A model generated the notes under the pieces. That model was not told the DNA's origin. It saw only the letters and a program-made list of their open reading frames with translations, and made no database searches. From Phoronis australis (taxonomy: Eukaryota; Animalia; Phoronida): a DNA stretch of 64,000 nt. The stretch is taken from NCBI GenBank assembly GCA_002633005.1, contig NMRA01000609.1, positions 172,977 through 236,976 of the forward strand, written 5' to 3'. Every line of letters starts with the position of its first letter. Positions within the stretch are counted from its first letter, which is position 1. This document shows, piece after piece, positions 23,926 to 42,700 of the stretch. The position numbers and the translations under genes are program-made.

Positions 23926-25473
23926 AATCTATTTACAAAAATAGTTGAGACATTGAGGTTGAATACAGACTATTCATCACCTGGACATCAATACTACACT
24001 CAACGTGTAGGCGGTCCCAAACAAGAACGCCCTCATTTCACCTAGTCAAACACGTAGTGCCTGGATAAAATGCAAATAACAGGTGAAAAAAACTGAGATA
24101 AGAAATCAGCCTTTTGTTTATACTCTGGATCAAAATCACAAGGTCAAAGAATGTAGCTGAAATGAACATTTTCACAGTATCACCTAAGGTATATCTTCAC
24201 ACAATATGGCCGACAACTGAAATTGTATTTTGTCAAATTTCTTCACAAAAACAAAGATTACGAAAATTTTAGTATATTACTTGCATGGTTTGTACTTTAT
24301 AGATGCCAAAAAACAACTTTTAGTAAATTTTCATCATTTTCAAAAAAGTAATCCGCCTTTGAAAAATAAAATTCTTTAAATTATTTTTGGTTAAATAAGA
24401 GAACTACCTAGAAGATGTGAAACCGTGATTATTTCTCACGTGACAACTTTGACACCAGTCATATTTGTAGTGAAAGTACAGCAAAGGCAAGAATTTATCA
24501 AAAAACGGTGAATCTATTCCCTTCTTCAGCACACAGAATGATAAATAAGTGTAGTTGTCACCAAAAGTAAACTTTAAGAATATTTTACTATATTTGCAGT
24601 CAAAAAACAACAGCTGGTGAAAATTGAGTAGCCAACTTTTGAAAAATAGACAAATGACAAAAGGGGCAAGACAGAAGAATTACTAGAGTCACTGTTCTCA
24701 GACAGAAACGATCCCCAAATCAGTCTTTTTCACTTCAAGCATTGTTGTGAATGTGTACAATTTCCCAGAATTCTTTCAGATGGTAACTACAGTATAGTTC
24801 TTTAAATACCATAGAGCATTTGGTTTAAGCTACAAATCTTCCATGAGAAAGTGAAAAAAAAATACTTGTCCACCATATTGTATCCTAAACGGACAGGTAA
24901 GAAATGCATTGGGTGAACCTTGAACATCAGATCTTCTTTGCACATGATTGACCAGGCATCTACAAAACATACTGTCCCATTCATACGAGTCAACGGAATT
25001 CATTTAACACCAGTTTGCACATTAAAAAATACCCTACGATATGAAATTCCCTAAAAAGCTAGCTTTTTCATTAATAGAAAGACATGCGAATCGAGTTCAA
25101 AACCGTGTAAATTATTAGCATCCCCTTGTAACCTCATTAGTAGTCCACCGAAAGACACGAAGGCAGCTCTGAAAAGAAAAGAAAATGGCACAAATGTATA
25201 CGTTGCTAACAACTGAAATGAACACTGGACCCCAGACGTTCAAAATTTACTTGGGATTCAACTCAAAAATAGAAATTCAGTCGTGTGAATGATCAATTTT
25301 CAAAGTCGAGGTTCAAGTAAAGCTCAGTGAATATGACCCGAGGTGTCCAAAACACAACAGCTTCTGTTCACACAGTAGAAGATGGCTTCAAAGTACAGTA
25401 GAATCTAATCCTGCTTTGTATAGGTCAACAAAAAATCACGAAATCTGAGTTAGACTGAGGTCCTGTGAAAAAC

Positions 25474-25701
25474 NNNNNNNNNNNNNNNNNNNNNNNNNNN
25501 NNNNNNNNNNNNNNNNNNNNNNNNNNNNNNNNNNNNNNNNNNNNNNNNNNNNNNNNNNNNNNNNNNNNNNNNNNNNNNNNNNNNNNNNNNNNNNNNNNNN
25601 NNNNNNNNNNNNNNNNNNNNNNNNNNNNNNNNNNNNNNNNNNNNNNNNNNNNNNNNNNNNNNNNNNNNNNNNNNNNNNNNNNNNNNNNNNNNNNNNNNNN
25701 N
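25474..25701. other. Assembly gap (228 N)
   Basis: Run of N. Confidence 0.99.
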
Positions 25702-26680
25702 ATCAGACATCACCATTGTTGTGGACTAGCTGTAAAACACTAGAGCAGCCACTCAAATATGAAATTCCAGAGTTCGACACCCAATTTACAGGAAAAGAAA
25801 ACAAGGCCTCAATGAACTCAAATTTTACCCTTTTGGTGACTCATAAACTCTACTGAACACTACGATTACCGGTCAAAAATGACCACCTTCAAAGTAACAT
25901 CAAATAAGAATGGGGTGGTTTAAGACAACAACAATGCCTTAGAGCCTTATTCTGACCACACGACAAACAAAAAGTGTTAACTTGCCTGGTTCATGACTCA
26001 ATTTTTTGCGAGAGTCAAATTGTGTGATCGTCATTGCTTGAAACGGAACATCCCAAGCACTTGTCAGTACTGTCAATCAGCGCTCAAGGTGACTTTAATA
26101 TACAGCAGCAAGGGAAAGACTTCCCATTTCAAACAAAAAATCCACTTTTTGACACAACAAGGAAGTGTTTTTGCTCAATGTTTTCTTCTCTCATGAGGAA
26201 GATACCAGTCGCACGGTAGCAGGTGGCTAGACTAGCTTTAGGAAAATAAACGTTAAGAGTTTAATATCCTTCGAAGTCCAAGTACTTTCACTTGCTGCAG
26301 CCGTACCTATAGACATTTGATGTGAATATCCTGCAAAGCACCCACGTCACTTTTCGGAAACGTGGAAGTACTTTCAAAAACATGCCCATTATCTTCCATG
26401 TACACGGTCTTGTTTGGTAACACAGATAATAGAATACAAAATAACTTACGCAGTTGTCATTGATAACTTTTCGCCACTTCTCATTTGGTGTCTCAATAAC
26501 ATTCAACAGATTTTAAGCAAAATGTGGGGCAACTCGGAAATCGTATTTGTAGTCAAAAAACTGTAAGGGCAACTTTAAATTCATGTCCGAGAAATCACTC
26601 TAGGGTACTTCCACAGGATGGTACTTGATCAGAAAACCACAAAAGGTCCAGAATTTCTCATAACTAGAAAGCAAACTTAC

Positions 26681-34298
<7,618 letters not shown>

Positions 34299-36837
34299 CT
34301 AAATGTTTTTATAGTAATTATTGAAAATTTTTATGATGTTTAATCATTTTAGGAGGAGTGTGAACATTGACACAGAATTCAATGCTAGTTTGAACGACAT
34401 AATTTTGAGACTACTTTTTTTTTAAATCTCCACTAGAGGTCTCTTTCATAGGAGACTCCGGTATGCTTGGTATTCAGCCAAAAAGTGATTCCGCAGGCGT
34501 ACTGACTTGACATCATGAAACAATTCGGTGTTTCTCTTCTGCGCACTTATCTCATCCTGACCGTGAAAAAGAAAACCCAATTAACTGTTATTTTATTTCC
34601 TTGCATTTCCCTTTCCTGATCAGTTACCAGAGTCGCGTGAGGCAGTCGCCGGTCGGATTACACCGTGACGGTGCAACCCGCTGGCGGCCCCGGCCGCGTC
34701 AGATCCGAGTAGCCGGGAGTCAGAGCCAAACATTTTTTTCAGTTCTCCTTTCAATTCACGTGGAAAACAAGTTGTGGCAATTTTTTTGTGTGCACAGATA
34801 GGTGTAATCCCACATTTAAAAGCTCCGAAACTCGTAATCGTTAGTGGTAGCGCCGCACCTCATTGAGTTGCAGCCGCGCGCAGGAGTAACACAATTGGCG
34901 CCGCCGGCACTGTTCAGTTGGCGCGTGTTCTGTTTGCGATACCGTGACTGATATTTACTTTCACCAGGGATGTAGATCTCCAGTCGAATATTTCACCTCA
35001 CGCCCAGTTTAACTGGTTACAGACGTGAATATCCGATTTCTCTGCACTCGGGCGGGGTGCTCCTATGTGTCCAGGTTCATTGAGTTTTAATAATTTAAGT
35101 GTTGGACGGAAGCCAAACACTAAAATACAATCCCTGAACAGTCAATACAACTCGGGAACTCTTGGGAACTCCAGAACCGGACAGTGAAAAGTGTGTCCAG
35201 ACTAAGTTACACACGGTCAAGGGCGCCGGCGTCAAGGTCCTCGTTGAACTATTCAAGACCGGCCTTAGTCTGTCAGAAAAATAACCCATTATAGTTACGT
35301 TACTGGACCCGAGTTTGGCGTGTTCGAAATTGAACTTTCCCTATTACATTTGACGTCAAAGCGTTGACCCGGGTAGAAAAACCGTGAGTCCTTCCCAGTT
35401 CCTATACCGATGATGACGAAAAAATTGAATCAGCTAGGTCACAGTCAGTTCTCGGAAAAATCTGATGTGACGCGATTATATTGTTAGATATGCGACTTTG
35501 GGAATTTTTCAGTTGTACAAGGATTAAAGATCATGATAAGCATCGCAGCGTTCAAAAAGGGGGTAATAGTCAGTATGATGTCTCGATCGACCGACTGAGG
35601 AGAAAATTGGTTCTCCATATGCCCTGTAAACTACCATTATCAGTCCCAAAAATCTACCGATCTTTGTTCATTTAATTTGAATTTAGCTGCCTTATACGTC
35701 AAACCCGAGTCCACCAAAAATGCCTTAAAGAATTTTCTTTTATATTGCCGCTTTAGAAAGCAAGACCTGCCCCAGTTTAATTTATTGTCTATTGTTTATT
35801 ATCATGTTGACCTCAGGAGGTTATGAGGAACTTTGATACCCGAGCACTGCGATTGTGCACTTAATCACGTATCTGCATATCTTAGTAAAGGTACAGGTTT
35901 TGTAAATAGTTTGTATAATTTAATGTCCCGAATGTACACGAATCTGCCATTGATCTTGTTTGGGTCACGTGATGAGTTCAAAACTACCATTTAGGAAAAA
36001 GGTATACTCACAGCAAAACAACTGTAACGATAATATGATATAATTTCCTTTTTTGAGATCTCAAAAACGCAGTCATATTTTTTAATTTTTACTTTTGTAA
36101 ATTGCAACCTTTTGATTATTTAAAAAATTATGAAAGTCCTAATTTTCGATAGCTTTTTATATCAGTAAAATTCTAAACCATGTCCCACCAGCCATTGTTG
36201 AACACTGCATGAGTTATTATATCTAATTCTCCACGTAACCGTCTACAAAAATCGAAACTCGTAAAACAACGGATATTACTTCGGATGCCAGTGCCACATC
36301 GAATGTACTTATATTACTGATCGTTAAAACTTTATATACTGTCACCTCCTGTTGCAAGTCGTCCCCTCTGTTACGTTTTGTCCTGACTGACAACAGAAGA
36401 GTGTCTGATTCAAGTTGTTAACCATAGTCAAATAATGGTCAAAGCGTTGATAGTTTACAGAATATCATAGATCTATCCCCAGTCATTAATCATCTTTTTG
36501 TTGTGGAGGGGACGTTTGAACTTGGACATGGCTTATAATCCATTGGATAAAATATTTTCGAAAAACATGACAGGCAACAACTGCAACTAAAGCTGAACAT
36601 AATACACTGATTGTAAACACATTTCAATTGCATCATTTGTGTCTCGTCCTTAATAAAGAGTACGCCGTTCGAAACGTGGGGAATATTAGTACTGATACTC
36701 GTCGTTTTATTTTTACTATTTTATATTCTTATCAGTCAGTAACTGCACGGCATTCAAACATCTATTTTATATAGTTAATAATTTTTATTGTCCCCCCCCC
36801 CGCTATAAGTAGTTAAGTAACCCGTCTTTCATCGAAA

Positions 36838-37410
36838 CCTAGACTTTGCTGCCCACGCGAGGCTCAGACCTGCCCGCGCACAAAATTCTTCACTCGCACA
36901 CGCTGTTCCCTTCCCCGTGACGTAAATTTCCCCTCCCGTAAATCTTTGTTCGTACTCACCATTCCCTGTTTGACTTCCCCATTCACGGACATACTCATCG
37001 ACCGTATCTTTTCCTCGATCACTACATACAGTGAAGGTTATGCGGTAAATGAAATTTCGTTTAAAAATTATCGATACTTTATCGATACTCCTGTATTGAA
37101 CGCTAATTGAGCTCAATAGCACTTTCAGTGTGTCGTTAACAAACAATTGTTTTTTTTTCCAATTTTACAGGCACTAATTGCAAAATGGTTCTGTTGAAAA
37201 GGAATAATGTGTTTTCATGAAAGGGCTTTCCATTGTTGGTTTGTGGGGGAGAAGAGTTGGTCCGAGCGCGGCAAAGATATATCTGCAATACGCGAAAAGT
37301 GGTGTGGGAAGAAGAATGTAAGTCTACGAGAGGAATAGCTTGCGCGAGACTCCCCGAGAGAGTTTGGCGCGCAGGCAGGCACGTGCCGCGCGCGTGCAAA
37401 GAAGCCTAGA
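36838..37410. mobile_element. Old, degenerate element with ~100-bp GC-rich inverted arms
   Basis: 36838-36940 (cctagactttgctgcccacgcgaggctcagacctgcccgcgcacaaaattct...) aligns to the reverse complement of ~37305-37410 (tctaggcttctttgcacgcgcgcggcacgtgcctgcctgcgcgccaaactct...). Confidence 0.55.
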
Positions 37411-39733
37411 TACGTGCCTCAAGTAACTAAGTTAGGTCACTTCCCCTATAAATCTTCTTTTTTATCGTATGTGTTAGTATTTAGGCCCATCCGCCTAAAT
37501 GCAGAGCTATATCGGTATTTAGAATTTGGCGTTTGCGAAACACTTGAGCCAAATCACGAATTAAGAACCTTATAAAACTGTATTTCCTCACTATAGGGTC
37601 TATTTAACTGCCAAAACGACAAGAAATGAATGAAACCTCTTGGGCTCATCATCAATTTCATTATATCCATTAACCGTGATAGATAATGATTTCTGTTATC
37701 ACGACCAACGTCAGAAGAAAACTTCAGTTTACTGAGGTTGGTCAACCACCCTAAAATTGCGAATTCGAGAAAGACGCATGTGCGTATTGCCCGAGACTAC
37801 GCGTGTGCCTATTGCCTATGAGATTTGAGTTGTCGGCTCAGTCAACAGATCAGTATCGGATTACTGTGGTAATGTTTCTTAACCCAAAATAGTTTCGGCT
37901 AAGAATTCAACATGAATAGCGGAGTAACGACGAAATACACCTAAAGCAGCATGCGAGTCATATTTCACTTTTTAAGGGCCCCGTCAATCTTTTTATTCGG
38001 AAATATTTTTTAAATTTTCCACTCCATTTTCATAAAAACTCAAAATAATTATCTGTAATTCTGTGCTGAAGTATACTATCATTTATATGGATGGTTGTAT
38101 AATCCTATTTTGTACTTGATGACACCAGTATTGAAATCACCAGTTAGAGTCTGAACTCTAAATCTCAGGGTGAGGGACAAGGTTCTCCATTCTTGTATGG
38201 ATTTAAGGTAGTGGGATATTTCCAGCATTTTTTAATATTTTTGTGACCCATCATACCATCGAATTACCACTGTTGAGCAGAAAATAACAAACGTGTAAAA
38301 TGTCCGTGAATGAATGAAATTGTGTTTCGCTGGTGTCAACTGGGCCTGCCTTGCCAACCAGATAAGACACTGGGACAAGAGAAAGCTACTTTTGTGTCCC
38401 ACAGCACTAAAGAGCTCTATGGAGAATGCTTCCTATTGCAAGCAGAAAACAAATATTCACGAAGGTTCATAATAATACAAAATGTATTTACAAATCATAA
38501 TACAAATGCCATTAAAGATGTATTTGCATACTCCTAACTATGCTAATGTATAACAGGAACTACACTACAATAATATTTTAACATAATTTATGCTAAACAA
38601 AACACAGTTGTATTCACTGACAAATTGTAAATGTGAAGACAAAAAATTCTGCTAACAGGTGACCTTTGCATTAAAGACGGTCAGATAGCTTGCATCATGC
38701 AGTGCTATTCCCCAGCACCATGTCACGATACTTACTGGACACAGTTCAGTGATTTACGGTGGATCACTTTTGCCACAAAACCCATTCTTAGCAACATTGG
38801 CAATTTTCAACCTGCTTTGTATTTACAGTGTGGCTATATGTCATGTTTCTTACTAATTTGGCCAAGCAATCATAGAGATGAGGAATTGGTCTGCAAGTTC
38901 CACTTTAAGGTTACGTAAGACCCTTGAACAAAATGTCCAAATTTGGCTAACTTCGGAACACAGCTCAGAAGTGGGATAACCCCCATATGCAACGACATTC
39001 TATTCCTTTTTGTGTAGTATCTAACAATTTTTACATCTCAAACAAATGAAAGACCAATACATTTTACTAACACCTGTGTAGTAATGCTTCATAATTCTTG
39101 AGGGAATGAAACATACTAAGAAAAGTGACAACATCTAACATGTGTCAAAAGCAGATTCCAATACGCTTAACATCTAGAAAGTAGAACACAACACTACACT
39201 TTATGCATGTATAGTCTCCGTTATATGCATCTGGTCGGAAATATATTTCATCTCATTATTATACGTTACACATCACACTTGTCACAACATGATCATCACG
39301 AAAATAAACATCTCTTATATTTTTTAATTTACACGATTTTCTTACCCTACAACACTTCATATTTAAATAGAACAGACACAAAGACAGTCCCATGTTCAAT
39401 GTCATGACGCCAAGATGCCACCTCGATCACCTGGTGCTGCAAACAACTTTTATCAGACCAAATCCGATTCCCCACCTTGAAGGCTCATTCAGTTAACAGC
39501 AAAAATTATTGACAATTTCCAGTTTCGAGGCAAAACAGCAATTACAGAATGACCTTTGACCTTACTAACTTTCCTGCTAATTCTTCATCACTCATTATGA
39601 CGAAGCAAAATCAAACTGACAGTGAATTACACCTTCTCCCAGCTTCGACATGTCGGGGAATTCCGCATCATTTTGTCTGAATATCCTTAGCATATACTAA
39701 AAGAAATGGATTTCTGTCTGAAGTCACCATTGC

Positions 39734-42700
39734 TTATCTCTGTTTTGATCGGGTCGACCTTTTGGGTCTCGTCTGTGGCTGTGGATCAGAGTCGACGGTG
39801 AGAATGTCCGCTGGCATTGCATCTGGGCAGTTGCGGTTCTAGAAGAAGTACAAATCGTCCAAAAATGTGTACCCATGCACAATTTCTCACTTTGCGATGT
39901 TCTAAATGTTCGACGTGCAAGGAAATGGGAACTGAGCTAACGTGTGGTTAAAATGAATTCAACAAAGTCCAATGACTAATTAACCATTAACAAAGAATGC
40001 ACAAAATTTTCTTCAGTGAAGAAAGTGTTTAAGAAAACACACATCGGGTTTACGGCCAAAGATTATTATTGGCTGAGAAAGACCGCTTTGACTAGAGCCA
40101 TAAAACATGAAAAACACCCCTAGAGGGCGCCATGCTCATTGTTCATTCTAATGCCATCACTTCAACGTGTTCATGTGGTAACGTCTACACTAATTTAGCA
40201 TGTCACGTGAGATGTTATACATTTTTCTTTACTCGTTTGATTTATCTCAGAATTGTGTTAACGCATATACGAAACCTTTCGAACACTAGATCAATCATTT
40301 AACCCATATTTCTTCCTCACAAATGAGAAGAGTTGAATACGGGATGAGGCTATTTCACATTCATCATACTTACAGGGGTTTTCACTTTCCATGTTCGTGG
40401 TTTTGGTGTACTGAAAAGACAACAACAACAAAGACTTAAAAAGTAGCCGTAATATTACAATAATTGCCATGTGATGGACACCCCTTGAAGAAACATCTGA
40501 GGAGAAAGATGAAACTGGAATTGTTGTTAATTATTCATTTCAAACAAAAAAGTGACGCACTACTGCCCAAGGTTTCAAAAGTAATTCTTAAGCACAGGCC
40601 CCAACATGAAGTGACTCAACTATTGAGTGGACTGAATTCACACTCTCTATTTCAAGGACTTCAAAGACAATAATTTATCTCTTAAGTTGCATAAAATTAC
40701 AACATTGTTGACAAAAACCTTGAATCATATACAGATAGAGCGAACATAATTTCAAACCCGTACAAAACCATTTCTTAGGTACACCCCCATGTCTCAAAGA
40801 GCAAGTCTTAAAATACCAGATTTCCTATCCCCACTGTTGGCTGTCAGCCCCCTTACTCCACAATACATTTCGTGCACAGAAAATGTCTATGATACTATGA
40901 ACAATCGCTCACTAAGAGTACTCACGGTTTGTCCGGAGAGAACATGCAAATGAGATCAGCAGACAAACCCTTGTTTCCACTACTTCGAGATGGTTCTGGA
41001 AGAGAATTCGCCAAGTTATGTGAACAATGCTTAACAAAATGGCATGAAATTGGCTGGAGCAATTCCCTGCTGCCTTGCTCAGGTCATTAATGCTCAACTC
41101 GTCAGCTTGCATAAAGTAGCCAGTCTGCATGAAGTCATCAGTCTGCATTAAGCCGTCACACTTCCTTTGGTTCCTATTACAGGCCCATATTTTGGCATAA
41201 ATCATTATTAGGATAACTGATAGCCTTCGTCACTGTCCTGAAGGTGGCGCCATGCAAGATAGCATGTATCATTAAAAACCAATGGTGTCAAAAAAAAAAC
41301 ACACTGATTGGAAGTACTGGTTAATATTGAAGACAGAAACACGTGGAGTACAAGCCATTGCAGTCCTCTAAGCGAATGTCCCTTAAAAGTTAATCACTGC
41401 ATATTGTTACTAGTTAATAAATTCAAAAGAAAAGCGAAATAAGTAAGAATATCTCCTATTCTATACTACACTTAATTCTAACTTTGCCCTTTAACAGCGG
41501 CAGGACGATGAGAAATTATACCAACTGTCGAAGATACGAAACTTATAGAAAAGTTATTTCTGCACACCGTGGGACTGGGGGCAATTGGAACTGGAAGTGA
41601 GAGCAAAATTTCAGGACAAGAAACTGGCCTGTGAGTATTGAAATCGGAAGGATGGCTCTAGGGCATGTCAAGTGACTTACCGCTTGACCCAAAGACCCTT
41701 ATCGGCATGGCAGTGGGGATGGGTGACGGGGCCACCATGCTGTGCTCTCCACCATCCATGAAGGTTATGTCGTTTACACTACCTGCAACCAAAGTAGAAT
41801 GTTGTAAACAGCGCCACCTGAAGTTCTGAGAGTACAGCAAAAGGATCTCAATGTAAACTATATGGTGGGCTAATGACACAGAGTAAGGCAAGCTTTTGTA
41901 CACGTCAAAGTGTAGTCATTTGATATTGATGGAGACGCTGACAACATTAATGACGATGACTCATAATTGCAAATTGATTATTAGTTGCTTTAAAAGTTGT
42001 ACCCTTGATAAACGTGCGAGTTCATTCACAATGAGTGTTACTGGTTAATATGCAGTACAGGGGCAACTGACTGGGTCATGAACAAGTAGAAATTTTGGCT
42101 TCCTAGTCAAACGCCAGCCAAGAATTCTCATGAAGTACTTACGGTCAGGAGTACTTATAGCTCGTGCATTAGCATTCTTCTTTACAGGAGTCTGTGAAAA
42201 GGAAAGAATGTGAGTCACGATTTCACAAAATATTCAAAAATTCAGTTTCCATACCATTTCCTTGTAATGTGCTTAAATGTGAACTCAAGAAAAAGCATAC
42301 AAATCAAAAATCTACAAATCTGGACATAAAAATTCTCTTGCCATAAAAGCAATGAGAGGGTAATCTACGACTGAATTGAAGTGGTCAAATTTTGGAAGGA
42401 TTGGCTACAACGTAACAACACCAGGGGGCAGTGTCTGCAGAAACGCAAAGTTTAACACCATATAGTTCTTGATTTTGACACGGCGAGATACCACCCTGTT
42501 CACATTTAAAAATAGACTGAAGGACAGAAAATGAGGAAAATACAAATAATTTATGCCATTTCTAATAATACACATCCAGATGACATCCAATGCTCCGAGA
42601 AGTGTCCTTTCCAATGAGATATAATATTGCCAATGGTTCTCAGTCCTGAGCAACGCACTTTTGACATTATTCAGTAACTTATCTTTGCCTTAGGGTGCGG

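Noticed and set aside
25450-25743. ORFs of X residues
   Set aside because: Artefact of the N gap.
26170-26260. Segment resembling YLLMKK codons, considered as the POLR2H last exon
   Set aside because: No frame gives the GGLLMRLQG motif.
34540-35300. Telomerase RNA candidate for the GC-rich island
   Set aside because: No CTAACCCT-type template seen on either strand.
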